The notes under the pieces are model-generated. The model saw only the letters and a list, made by a program, of their open reading frames with translations. It searched no databases and was not told where the DNA came from. Below, piece after piece: positions 1 through 8,679 of a stretch of DNA of 32,000 nt. The DNA lies in the NCBI RefSeq assembly GCF_000148385.1, contig NC_014537.1:210001-242000 (forward strand), written 5' to 3'. Each line of letters begins with the position of its first letter. Within the stretch, counting starts at the first letter, position 1. The translations under genes were made by a program, and so were the position numbers. This DNA is from Vulcanisaeta distributa DSM 14429. Its GTDB lineage: Archaea > Thermoproteota > Thermoprotei > Thermoproteales > Thermocladiaceae.

Positions 1-211
1 AGTAAAGCTCGGTAACCCCGAAGCCCGGCAGCTCCGTTAGGTCTGAGATGAATGATTGACGCCTATACTCGCCGTCATTAACCTCATCAAGCCCAATCTC
101 CACCTGCATCTTAACCACATCCTCAATCGCCCTATCCAGGTTTTGAGGAGATAGATTAGGCGGTCTCGGCAGACTACCTACGTGCGTGGTCCTAACCTCC
201 TCAAAACCCAT
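1..211 (-). CDS. MetE-like cobalamin-independent methionine synthase family protein (first ~70 codons only; the gene continues past the window start)
   Basis: Own reverse-strand translation from ATG at 211..209: MGFEEVRTTHVGSLPRPPNLSPQNLDRAIEDVVKMQVEIGLDEVNDGEYRRQSF... The THVGSLPRP and NDGEYxR segments are typical of the COG0620/MetE C-terminal-domain family. It is absent from the ORF track because the window edge truncates it. Confidence 0.5.
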   Translation of the reverse strand, partial: MGFEEVRTTHVGSLPRPPNLSPQNLDRAIEDVVKMQVEIGLDEVNDGEYRRQSFISDLTELPGFGVTELY

Positions 212-234
212 ATTATTGCATTAATAGGCTAGGG

Positions 235-242
235 CTTTTTAA
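235..242 (-). promoter_or_regulatory. TATA-like box (minus strand TTAAAAAG) about 27 nt upstream of the MetE-like ATG
   Basis: An A/T box at the spacing seen repeatedly in this window, consistent with a leaderless transcript. Confidence 0.35.
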
Positions 243-313
243 CAATAGCACCCATAACCTAATAATAGCATAAACTGCCCGTTCCACTAAGACCTAGGGC
301 ATTCGCTTAATCA

Positions 314-688
314 TTATTCATTAACACTCCTCAGGATTTCCTCCATCTCCCTTATAAACGTCTCAATGTCCTTCCTTGCTGACTCATCGTCCTTATATGG
401 GCTAATGACCCTCTCTGGGTCAGGGCCATTGTACTGGTACTGATGAATCCAAAGTGCCTTATCCGTGAGTAGGTCAACCTTGCCGCCGATGATCATCGCC
501 ACATCCTTTAAATAACTGGTTGGCATAACCGCTATTATCCAATCAACCCTATCAACACGCTCTTTCCTGCCCCTTAACCTGACCTTACCACTAAAGACCT
601 TGCTCAACTCATCCCTCTTGTCAACCGCCAGCGCTGCCACGAGAGCTTTCCACGCTTGAAAAGCCTTGCCGGCGGCGTTATTGATCAA
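314..688 (-). CDS. PaREP1/PaREP8-family archaeal helical protein. The conserved N-terminal part continues in frame up to 799 but has no canonical start there.
   Basis: The translation contains GLINNAAGKAFQAWKALVAALA and LWIHQYQYNGPD segments, which I recognise as PaREP1-like. The track start at 688 is a TTG. The in-frame upstream sequence reads TKPWYDPREYKRIRIDEAKNELELAKRFLNEG. Confidence 0.5.
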   Translation of the reverse strand: MINNAAGKAFQAWKALVAALAVDKRDELSKVFSGKVRLRGRKERVDRVDWIIAVMPTSYLKDVAMIIGGKVDLLTDKALWIHQYQYNGPDPERVISPYKDDESARKDIETFIREMEEILRSVNE

Positions 689-1029
689 TCCCTCATTAAG
701 GAACCTCTTGGCAAGTTCTAACTCGTTCTTGGCCTCATCAATTCTAATCCTTTTATACTCCCTAGGGTCGTACCACGGCTTCGTTAATTGCGTATGAGCT
801 CACTCCTAATAACAAAACCTGGGCAGGTATTTAATGTTTATATGAATTTACGATCATACAATATGGAGCAGTGAAAATAATCAGCTCACGGAATAAACCA
901 ACGAGAATTACGAACATGAATCGCGAAAACAAGACCGTGCAATGACTTGGTAAGTTACTCACGTGGGTTGTCTTACCTTTAAACCCATATGGTGCTTTTA
1001 ATTGAATGCCCTTCTTAACAATAGTATTT

Positions 1030-2205
1030 CTACGCCTTATGCCTGGCTCTATAGGCTGTTAGTGAGTGTAGTACGTGCATCCTTATGAAGCCTCTCGCCT
1101 CCTCCTCACTTGGGTACCAACCGCTCACGTAATCGACAAGGTCCTTATTATAGCTTGCGTATGGGCTCTCCCTACCAAGTATTGTTAATCCACCGAATAC
1201 CTTGACCTTAACAACACCGCTAACCCACCTATTCATTGACCTAATTAGGGTATCAAGCTCCTCACGTAGCGGCTCATGCCATAGGCCACCATAGACAAGG
1301 TCAGCCCAGGTCTGATCAACAAACCTCTTAAACCTATACTCAAGCGGTGTGTAGACCAGCTTCTCCAAGTCTTTGTGGGTCTCGATCAATGTCAATGCGG
1401 CTGGGGCCTCATAGACCTCCCTAGACTTAAACCCAACAACCCTATTCTCGACGTGGTCAACCCTACCAAAGCCATGGGCACCAACCACCTTATTGAGTAG
1501 CAGTATTAGGTTGACTAGGTCCATCTTCTCACCATTGATTGCGATGGGCAACCCCTCCCTGAACTCAATCTCCAGCATGAGTGGTTCACTAACCTTTTCA
1601 GGCGGGACTGTCCACTTGAAGGCATCCTCAGGAACCTCAACACCGGGGTCATCTATTTCACGGCCCTCTATACTCCTTGACCACAGGTTATCATCAATAC
1701 TAAACCTACTATGTACGCTGGGTATTGGTATACCGTGCTTCCTGGCATACTCAACCTCCTCAGCCCTATTCATACCCCAGATCTTCGCTGGTTCGATGAT
1801 CATGAGGTCAGGCGCCAACGCCATTAATGCCTCGTTAAACCTGACCTGGTCATTACCCTTGGAGGTTGATCCATGGGCAATTGCGTCGCAGCCCTCCCTC
1901 TTAGCCACCTCAACTACCTTCTCAGCAATTAACGGCCTGGCCAATGCAGTACCTAGTGGGTACCTATCCTCATAGAGTGCGTTGGCCATTATTGCCATTG
2001 CCACGGGGCCCTCGGCGAAATCCCTCTTGGCATCTATTGTGTAGTGCTTAATGGCGCCTGCCTTATACGCCCTCTCCTCGATGTCCCTGAAATCATCGTC
2101 CTGCCCAACATCTACCGTGACCGTTATAACCTCAGCATTGAATTTCTCCCTGAGCCAGTGAATGGCTACTGTTGTGTCGAGACCACCTGAGTAGGCAAGT
2201 GCAAT
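1030..2205 (-). CDS. argG: Argininosuccinate synthase. The 5' boundary is uncertain: the track ORF starts at GTG 2004, but the essential N-terminal ATP-binding region lies upstream in the same frame.
   Basis: The track ORF has [12 protein letters not shown] and the rest of an ArgG body. My in-frame translation of 2005..2211 gives [69 protein letters not shown], which includes the [10 protein letters not shown]-loop motif. Confidence 0.9.
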   Translation of the reverse strand: MALAYSGGLDTTVAIHWLREKFNAEVITVTVDVGQDDDFRDIEERAYKAGAIKHYTIDAKRDFAEGPVAMAIMANALYEDRYPLGTALARPLIAEKVVEVAKREGCDAIAHGSTSKGNDQVRFNEALMALAPDLMIIEPAKIWGMNRAEEVEYARKHGIPIPSVHSRFSIDDNLWSRSIEGREIDDPGVEVPEDAFKWTVPPEKVSEPLMLEIEFREGLPIAINGEKMDLVNLILLLNKVVGAHGFGRVDHVENRVVGFKSREVYEAPAALTLIETHKDLEKLVYTPLEYRFKRFVDQTWADLVYGGLWHEPLREELDTLIRSMNRWVSGVVKVKVFGGLTILGRESPYASYNKDLVDYVSGWYPSEEEARGFIRMHVLHSLTAYRARHKA

Positions 2206-2263
2206 TTTACTGGGTTTCCTATGTACCGGTTTAAGGAACCCACGTCTTCCCTGGGGTTCTATG

Positions 2264-2273
2264 TATTAATAAG
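2264..2273 (-). promoter_or_regulatory. TATA-like box (minus strand CTTATTAATA) upstream of argG
   Basis: It lies about 25 nt upstream of a GTG at 2243..2241, which is out of frame with argG (see findings). Confidence 0.35.
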
Positions 2274-2444
2274 CCTTACCTCCAATAACCTATATAACCG
2301 CGGCTGGAAATAATCGGCTCGTTACTTTATAATTAAAGCTGAACGGCATCATCACTATTGATTAAGCATTGGTCCGTAAAATATGGCCGTTTTAATATGG
2401 AGTACTGTTTAATTATTGTTTAGACACTGCAGAGCCCTGAATGC

Positions 2445-2451
2445 TTATATA
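2445..2451 (+). promoter_or_regulatory. TATA box (TTATATA) of aroC
   Basis: Centred about 27 nt upstream of ATG 2475, which fits leaderless geometry. Confidence 0.4.
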
Positions 2452-2474
2452 GGTTAAATAGTACGTTGATTTTA

Positions 2475-3575
2475 ATGGGTAGTGTCTTTGGGCACGTGTT
2501 TAGGGTTGTGACCTTCGGGGAGTCTCATGGACCTGCCATTGGGGTTGTCGTCGATGGCGTCCCTGCTGGCGTGGCTATTGATGAGTCGTTTATTAAAAGG
2601 GAGCTGGAGAGGAGGCGCTTTTGTCATTTGCCGATCCTCAACCCTAGGTGTGAGGATGAGGAGTTTCAAATACTGTCTGGTGTTAAGGATGGATTTACCG
2701 AGGGCACTCCAATAGCAGTTGTTATTTGGAATAAGAGGGCCATCTCTGATTACTACAATGAGCTTTGGATGAAGCCTAGGCCGGGCCACGCAGACCTTGC
2801 CTATTACCTAAAGTTCGGTAGGTTTTATGATCATAGGGGTGGTGGTAGGGCCAGCGGTAGGGAGACGGTGGCTAGGATAGTGGCTGGGGCCATTGCGAAG
2901 ACAGTGCTTAAGCAGACAATAGGTGTGGAGGTCTCTAGCCACCTTGTCGAGCTTGGCGGCGTGGCCATATCCAGGGAGGACTACACCTTCGAGGATGTGG
3001 TTAAGTCCTGGGAAAAACCGCTTCCCATGGTTGATGATGAGGCCATGAAGAGGGCCATAGATGTGTTAATTAATGCCGTTAAGGATGGGGATAGCGTTGG
3101 CGGTATTGGCGAGGTATTAACCACCGAGGTTCCGCCGGGGCTTGGCGAGCCCGTCTTTGATAAGTTAAAGGCTGACCTGGCTAAGGCCGTAATGTCAATA
3201 GGCAGTGCGGTGGGTGTTGAGTTTGGGCTTGGGTTTAGGCTTGCCAGGATGAGGGGTAGTGAGGCCAATGACCAAATAGTGCTTAGGGGTGGCAGGCCGA
3301 GGCTTGAGACCAACAGGATTGGCGGGATACTCGGTGGTATGAGTATTGGCGAGCCCATTAGGTTTAGGGTTGCCTTTAAGCCAACGCCCAGCATTAGGAA
3401 GCCCCAGAGGACCGTGGATTTGGAGAGGATGATAGAAACTACGATAACCTTTAGGGGCCGCTACGACGTGTCCACGGCGCCAAAGGCGATACTGGCGGCT
3501 GAGGCTATGACCGCCATAGTCCTCGTGGACCATGCAATGAGGGCTGGGCTGATTCCTAGGGTTGTTAAAAGGTAG
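2475..3575 (+). CDS. aroC: Chorismate synthase
   Basis: The N-terminus [28 protein letters not shown] matches the chorismate synthase signature (FGESHG), and [10 protein letters not shown] and GGISNG-like [12 protein letters not shown] are present. The track start TTG 2466 is an alternative; ATG 2475 fits the family N-terminus and the TATA spacing. Confidence 0.9.
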   Translation: MGSVFGHVFRVVTFGESHGPAIGVVVDGVPAGVAIDESFIKRELERRRFCHLPILNPRCEDEEFQILSGVKDGFTEGTPIAVVIWNKRAISDYYNELWMKPRPGHADLAYYLKFGRFYDHRGGGRASGRETVARIVAGAIAKTVLKQTIGVEVSSHLVELGGVAISREDYTFEDVVKSWEKPLPMVDDEAMKRAIDVLINAVKDGDSVGGIGEVLTTEVPPGLGEPVFDKLKADLAKAVMSIGSAVGVEFGLGFRLARMRGSEANDQIVLRGGRPRLETNRIGGILGGMSIGEPIRFRVAFKPTPSIRKPQRTVDLERMIETTITFRGRYDVSTAPKAILAAEAMTAIVLVDHAMRAGLIPRVVKR

Positions 3576-3656
3576 GTTTATAGGTTGGGAGGGGGTAACC
3601 TAGTTGGGTGGAGGTAACTGCTCTTTGACATCAGGGTTAAGGAGAGCCTTAGGGAC

Positions 3657-4739
3657 TTGTTCGATAGGGATGATGAGATTGAGAAACTTAGGGCTAGCCT
3701 TAATGAGCCGTTGGTGGTGGTCTTCGGCCTTAGGAGAGTTGGTAAGTCCTCATTAATTAAGGCCGTACTCAATGAATATGCACCAAGTAATTACTTCTAC
3801 ATAGACCTGAGGAGGTTTGAGGAGAGTGGTTACGTGAGTTATAGGGACTTTGTTAAGGCGCTTGAGGATTCCATAAATGCTAGGGTTAGGTCGAGAAGGT
3901 TATTGAGCATGCTCTCAAGGATTAGGGGCGTAAGTATTAGCGGCTTTAGGGTGAGCTTCTCCTGGGGCAGGGATAGGGTTATGCTTGCGGATATCCTGGA
4001 CTCAATAAATGATTGGGCCGGCGATGAGGGGTTGAGGGCCATTATCGTCCTTGATGAGGCCCAGGAACTCGTTAAGGCGAGGGGCTTCAACGTACTGCCG
4101 GTCCTCGCCTACGCATACGACAACCTGAGGAATCTAACATTCATAATAACCGGGTCTGAGTTCAGGGTATTCACAAAGTTCCTTAAGTTGAACGACCCAG
4201 AATCCCCACTTTTTGGTAGAGCCTACGTGAGTATTACACTTAAACCGTTTAATGAGGAGCAGGCTGTTGAGTTCTTGAGACGTGGATTTAAGGAGCACGG
4301 TATTGAGTTTGACAGGGCTGAGGAGGTCTATGAGGAGCTTGGCGGCAATCCCGGCTGGTTAACACTCTTTGGCTATAGAGCCCTGAGGATGGGGTTTAAT
4401 GAGGCCTTAAACGAGACCAGGAGGGAGGCTGTTGACCTGATTCGTAGGGAAATATGCAACTTCATTAATGAGGGCAGGCACCTGGCGGAGAGGAGGTACT
4501 TAAGAATACTCGAGGTTTGCGTCAGTGGTTGTCGCTGGTCAACCATTAAAATGGCCCTTGAGGCCATGGAGGGTAGGGAATTGAATAACTCCATTGTTGA
4601 CTCCCTAATTAAGGCGTTGCTGGATTACTCATTACTCATTAAGGAGGGTAATACCTACGTATTGCCTGATAAGTTGATGAGAGATGCGGTGATTGGGCTT
4701 AGATGCTTTGTAAACGCAGTAAATAGTGATAATGTTTAA
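3657..4739 (+). CDS. Archaeal ATPase family protein (PF01637-like AAA/P-loop domain plus a DUF234-like C-terminal winged helix), function unknown
   Basis: Walker A is GLRRVGKSSL and Walker B is IIVLDEAQEL, with a C-terminal wHTH-like segment. The track start is TTG 3657. The family-typical N-terminus (LFDIRVKESLRDLFDRDDEIEKL) continues in frame up to CTG 3618. Confidence 0.75.
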   Translation: MFDRDDEIEKLRASLNEPLVVVFGLRRVGKSSLIKAVLNEYAPSNYFYIDLRRFEESGYVSYRDFVKALEDSINARVRSRRLLSMLSRIRGVSISGFRVSFSWGRDRVMLADILDSINDWAGDEGLRAIIVLDEAQELVKARGFNVLPVLAYAYDNLRNLTFIITGSEFRVFTKFLKLNDPESPLFGRAYVSITLKPFNEEQAVEFLRRGFKEHGIEFDRAEEVYEELGGNPGWLTLFGYRALRMGFNEALNETRREAVDLIRREICNFINEGRHLAERRYLRILEVCVSGCRWSTIKMALEAMEGRELNNSIVDSLIKALLDYSLLIKEGNTYVLPDKLMRDAVIGLRCFVNAVNSDNV

Positions 4740-4833
4740 AAATATAGTTTCTTAATAACCATGGGACCTCTATGGAATATCTAGATTCGTAAGGTACGGG
4801 GTAAAACATGGTCGTTGCCTTAACCCAGCCGTG

Positions 4834-4861
4834 AATAATCACCGCCTGATAGGTGGTTATT
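4834..4861. repeat. Inverted repeat AATAATCACC / GGTGGTTATT (10 bp, one G.U position as RNA) with an 8-nt spacer, ending 1 nt before ATG 4862
   Basis: Read directly from the sequence: arms at 4834..4843 and 4852..4861. The second arm contains the alternative GTG start at 4853. Confidence 0.6.
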
Positions 4862-5866
4862 ATGCTCTCTGAATTGAGGCGTAGCATTGATAATATTGAT
4901 GAGGAGTTGATAAAGCTAATTGGGGAAAGGATTAGGCTCGCCACAGAGATTGGTAAGGTTAAGAGGAGCCTTGGGTTGCCCGTCATTGATAGGGATAGGG
5001 AGGGTGAGGTCATTGCCAAGTGGGTTGAGGGATTGAGTAGGTTTGGCGTTGATGCCGAGACCGCCATCGGCATTGCCCAATCAATAATTAGGGCCTCAAC
5101 AAGGGCTCAGTTAGTGGGTAGGCTTGGCATTGGTGTGACAATAATCGGCAGTGGTAGGGTTGGTAGGACCCTCGCCAAGGCGCTTGGTAGGGTCGCTGAC
5201 GTAGTCCTTCAGAGACATGACGAGGAGTTGGTTCCCAACGACGTCATTATACTGGCCATGAAGCCCACGGATGAATCAATAAACATACTGAGTAGGTACT
5301 CAGGCAGGCTTAGGGGCTCCATAGTCATGGACTCATTCTCAGTTAAGACGCCCATGTTTAGGCTAATTGAGGATGAGTCGCTGAGGGCAGGCTTCCACTA
5401 CATAAGCATCCACCCACTCTTTGGTGAGTTGAGTAATCCAATTGGCGAGACTGTGATCTTAATACCATCAAAGACCAGTGGTGATAAGCTCGAAATTGCT
5501 AAGGATCTATTCACGGGTGCTGGACTCAACGTCGTTGTTCTAAGCAGTCCTGAGGAGCATGATAGGTTTATGGCCTATTTGCAGGTTGCCCACCACGTGT
5601 TACTACTCACGCTTTACGCGGCATTGAGGAGAATCGGCGTTGACCTAAATACTCAACTCGTCACCCATAGCCTTAGGTACACGTTTAAGGCGTTGGAGAG
5701 GGTTTTGGAGCAGGTTGAGGTTAGTAGTGAGTTGTTTAGGCTTAATCCATACTCGAGGAGTGTGGTTGGGGAGTTGGGTGATTTATTAAAGGAGGTTGTT
5801 GAGGGGCTTGATAAGGGCGATATGACGGGGGTGTTGGGCCATGATAATCAAGGTATCCAGGGATAA
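4862..5866 (+). CDS. tyrA: Bifunctional chorismate mutase (AroQ-type N-terminal domain) / prephenate dehydrogenase
   Basis: The N-terminal ~85 aa are helical and CM_2-like ([43 protein letters not shown]). A Rossmann motif [12 protein letters not shown] and the SIHPLFG motif of prephenate dehydrogenases follow. GTG 4853 is an alternative start. Confidence 0.8.
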   Translation: MLSELRRSIDNIDEELIKLIGERIRLATEIGKVKRSLGLPVIDRDREGEVIAKWVEGLSRFGVDAETAIGIAQSIIRASTRAQLVGRLGIGVTIIGSGRVGRTLAKALGRVADVVLQRHDEELVPNDVIILAMKPTDESINILSRYSGRLRGSIVMDSFSVKTPMFRLIEDESLRAGFHYISIHPLFGELSNPIGETVILIPSKTSGDKLEIAKDLFTGAGLNVVVLSSPEEHDRFMAYLQVAHHVLLLTLYAALRRIGVDLNTQLVTHSLRYTFKALERVLEQVEVSSELFRLNPYSRSVVGELGDLLKEVVEGLDKGDMTGVLGHDNQGIQG

Positions 5867-6836
5867 GGTGGATGACATAGCCAGCCTACTGGATAAGGCT
5901 GGGGCTAAATTCAGCGTTGTCAGGGTTTATGGGGAGGACTTAGTGGTTACCTGGCCGGACGTGAAGGTAGACGCCAACGCCATTAAGTCGGTGGACCCCA
6001 ACGCAATTATTGTGGAGGTTAAGGCCAAGTATCAATTGGCGAGTAATGCCTGGAGGGGTAGAACCATAGTTGATGTTAGTGGTGTTAGGATTGGCGGTGA
6101 TGAAGTCGTAGTTGCTGCGGGGCCATGCGCAGTGGAGAGTTATGAGCAGGTTAGGGATACAGCCATCGCCGTTAAGGAGGCTGGGGCTAAGTTGCTCAGG
6201 GGCGGCGCGTTTAAGCCTAGGACGAGCCCGTATAGCTTTCAGGGGCTTGGTGTTGATGGGCTGAAAATACTCAGGAGGGTGGGTGACGAGGTTGGCTTAC
6301 CGGTTGTCTCTGAGGTCATGGATACGAGGATGGTGAAGACCGCGGCCGAGTACGTGGACATGCTACAGATAGGTGCTAGGAATGCCCAAAACTTCGACCT
6401 GCTCAAGGAGGTTGGTAAGTCGGGAAAGCCCGTACTCCTTAAACGAGGTCTCGGCAACACGGTTGAGGAGTGGCTACAAGCCGCTGAGTACATACTCCTT
6501 GAGGGTAATGGCAATGTGGTACTCTGCGAGAGGGGTATAAGGACCTTCGAACACGCCACCAGGTTCACACTGGACCTAGGCGCGGTGGTTGCAGTTAAGA
6601 GGTTAACACACCTACCGGTTTGTGTCGACCCATCACACCCAGCAGGTAAGAGGGACCTAGTAATACCGCTGGCCCTGGCCGCAATAGCCGCCGGCGCCGA
6701 CATGCTCCTCGTGGAGGTTCACCCAAGGCCCTGGGAGGCCCTTTCAGATGCGGAGCAGCAATTAACATTTGAGATGTTTAGGGAGTTGATGATTAAGGGT
6801 AGGGAGGTGGCTAGGGCGATTGGTAGGTCGTTATGA
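5841..6836 (+). CDS. aroF: 3-deoxy-7-phosphoheptulonate (DAHP) synthase, type I-beta, with an N-terminal ferredoxin-like regulatory domain
   Basis: The core has AGPCAVES...[19 protein letters not shown]...VDPSH, typical of KDO8PS-like DAHPS. An extra ~70 N-terminal residues resemble the Thermotoga-type FL domain. The gene overlaps tyrA by 26 nt. Confidence 0.85.
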   Translation: MIIKVSRDKVDDIASLLDKAGAKFSVVRVYGEDLVVTWPDVKVDANAIKSVDPNAIIVEVKAKYQLASNAWRGRTIVDVSGVRIGGDEVVVAAGPCAVESYEQVRDTAIAVKEAGAKLLRGGAFKPRTSPYSFQGLGVDGLKILRRVGDEVGLPVVSEVMDTRMVKTAAEYVDMLQIGARNAQNFDLLKEVGKSGKPVLLKRGLGNTVEEWLQAAEYILLEGNGNVVLCERGIRTFEHATRFTLDLGAVVAVKRLTHLPVCVDPSHPAGKRDLVIPLALAAIAAGADMLLVEVHPRPWEALSDAEQQLTFEMFRELMIKGREVARAIGRSL

Positions 6837-7879
6837 GGGAATTCACGTATAGGTCACGGGATGGCGATGTTAAGGTGTTAATCAACATTGATCATGGCGA
6901 GGCCCTGGAAAGAATTACCAAGGATTATACGGGATGCGTTGTATACGCCTCAGGGAATATCGCCAATAGGGTTAAGGCCACTTGCCCGGTAATTCCAATA
7001 GTGGATGGTGAGGAGGGTAAGAGCATCGAGACGGCACTAGGCATTGTGAGGAGTGCCCATGAGGTGGGTATTGATAGGGACGGCCTATTCATAGGGGTTG
7101 GCGGTGGAAGTGTTCTTGACGTCGTCGGTTTCTCAGCATCAATATACCTGAGAGGTGTTGATTACGTTAATGTCCCAACAACCATGCTCTCAATGGTCGA
7201 CGCATCCCTCGGTGGTAAAACGGGCGTTAACGCCCTGGGCCTTAAGAATGTGATTGGGGTCATTAGGCAGCCCAGGTACATAATCATTGACCTATCCTTC
7301 CTAGACTCACTACCAATGCCTAATTACTTAGATGGCTTTGCGGAGGTTATTAAGTATGGCGTAACGATGGATAGGGAACTGCTTAATGGGGTGATGGGTA
7401 ATGCCGATGGATTAATTAACAGGGACCGTGCACTCCTCGAGGATGTTATCTACAAGTCGTTAAGGGATAAAGCCAGCATTGTTGAGGTTGATGAACTGGA
7501 TAAGAGTGGTGTAAGGGCTGTCCTTAATTATGGACATACCGTGGGCCACGCCATAGAGTCTGCGACGAACTTCTCGGTTAGCCATGGCAAGGCTGTGGCG
7601 CTGGGCATGGTGTGTGAGGCCCGCGTTGGTGTTAGGCTGGGCTACACGCCTAGGGATGTGCCTAACCTACTAATGAATGCATTATCCATGTTCAATTTAA
7701 TTAATGAGGTTGATGTTGACGTGAATAAACTCGTAGGTGCAATGTTGAGGGATAAGAAGAGGAGTGGTGATTTCATAAAACTCCCCGTGGTTATAGACGT
7801 GGGCAGGTGGGATGTGGTTAGGGTGGGTATTAAGGAATTGACTGAGCTGGTGATTAGCGAATGCAGGTCTATGCCGTAA
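6833..7879 (+). CDS. aroB: 3-dehydroquinate synthase
   Basis: [46 protein letters not shown] and [11 protein letters not shown] motifs are present. An ATGA start/stop overlap links it to the upstream gene. Confidence 0.85.
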   Translation: MREFTYRSRDGDVKVLINIDHGEALERITKDYTGCVVYASGNIANRVKATCPVIPIVDGEEGKSIETALGIVRSAHEVGIDRDGLFIGVGGGSVLDVVGFSASIYLRGVDYVNVPTTMLSMVDASLGGKTGVNALGLKNVIGVIRQPRYIIIDLSFLDSLPMPNYLDGFAEVIKYGVTMDRELLNGVMGNADGLINRDRALLEDVIYKSLRDKASIVEVDELDKSGVRAVLNYGHTVGHAIESATNFSVSHGKAVALGMVCEARVGVRLGYTPRDVPNLLMNALSMFNLINEVDVDVNKLVGAMLRDKKRSGDFIKLPVVIDVGRWDVVRVGIKELTELVISECRSMP

Positions 7880-8670
7880 TTGGTTACCCGCTTGATTACA
7901 CGTTATCACCCAACATACATAATTACGTGTTCAGGGAGTTGGGGGTTGATGCGGTTTACGTACCACTTAAGGTATCGCCAGATAGGTTAGGGAGCTTCGT
8001 AGACTTTGCCAGGGACTCCCTGAGTGGGTTTAACGTAACCATACCACATAAGGTCGCCATAGTCAGGTTGATAGATGGTGTCGTGGGGCCTGCCAGGGAG
8101 CTCGGCAGTGTTAATACGGTGGTTAATAGAGGTGGTGAGTTATTGGGGTACAACACTGATTACATAGCCATTAAGCAAGCGCTAAGTGATAGGGGTTATT
8201 CAGGCGGTGACGCCTTAATAATTGGCGCGGGCGGTGTCGCCAGGGCGGTAGCGCTAGCCCTTAGGGACCTTGGGTGTTCCAGGGTCTACGTCATGAATAG
8301 GACTGTAGAGAGGGGTCGTGAATTGTGCTCATTAATTAACTCCTGGGGCATTGACTGCGTGGCTCTTGATTTTCAACGGAATATTAACATTAAGGCGCGG
8401 TTGCTTGTTAATGCCACGCCATTGGGCGTCAACGGTGATTTCCCAATAGATCCAGGGAGTACTGGTGCGGGGCTTGTGCTTGACCTGGCTTATAAGCCGA
8501 GCGGCATTACGGGCTTAATAAGGCTGGCTCGTGAGAGGTCCATACCGTATATTGATGGTCTCGAGATACTGGTTAGGCAGGCGATTGAGGCGGATAGGAT
8601 TTGGCTCGGCCCATTTGAGGAGCCGACTTGGTATGACGTGCTCGAGAAATTACGTGATGGTTTAATTTAA
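7861..8670 (+). CDS. aroE: Shikimate 5-dehydrogenase
   Basis: N-terminal [23 protein letters not shown], the GYNTDY motif and the Rossmann IIGAGGVARAV are present. It overlaps aroB by 19 nt. Confidence 0.85.
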   Translation: MQVYAVIGYPLDYTLSPNIHNYVFRELGVDAVYVPLKVSPDRLGSFVDFARDSLSGFNVTIPHKVAIVRLIDGVVGPARELGSVNTVVNRGGELLGYNTDYIAIKQALSDRGYSGGDALIIGAGGVARAVALALRDLGCSRVYVMNRTVERGRELCSLINSWGIDCVALDFQRNINIKARLLVNATPLGVNGDFPIDPGSTGAGLVLDLAYKPSGITGLIRLARERSIPYIDGLEILVRQAIEADRIWLGPFEEPTWYDVLEKLRDGLI

Positions 8671-8679
8671 TTTTTAATT

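Noticed and set aside
873-887. A shared motif GAAA(A)TAATC(A/G)GCTC at 873..887 and 2306..2320, plus AATATGGAG at 862..870 and 2394..2402, flanking argG on both sides. It could be a repeat element or a regulator site.
   Set aside because: The order and spacing of the two motifs differ between the sites. A rough expectation for a ~12/13 match among all pairs of positions in ~1.5 kb of AT-rich intergenic DNA is about one, so this is compatible with chance.
800-1029. An unusually long (~230 nt) spacer between argG and the PaREP1 gene that might hide a small RNA or tRNA.
   Set aside because: It has no tRNA-like T-loop (GTTCRANYC) or cloverleaf and no ORF longer than 12 codons. Only weak stems are present, for example GGTAAG...CTTACC around 950..978. 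I cannot support any RNA gene from sequence alone.
1493-1975. Long antisense 'shadow' ORFs opposite real genes. Examples are 1493..1975(+), 2472..2789(-), 2981..3394(-), 3195..3533(-), 4699..5073(-), 6239..6703(-), 8786..9190(+), 11006..11302(-), 13943..14260(+), 15681..16001(+), 16740..17075(-), 18993..19328(-), 20931..21251(-), 22260..22655(-) and 25136..25447(+).
   Set aside because: Each lies fully inside, and antisense to, a gene with a strong family assignment. Their translations are low-complexity Ser/Leu/Pro/Thr-rich strings with no recognisable motifs, as expected from the complement of purine-rich RNY-type coding sequence.
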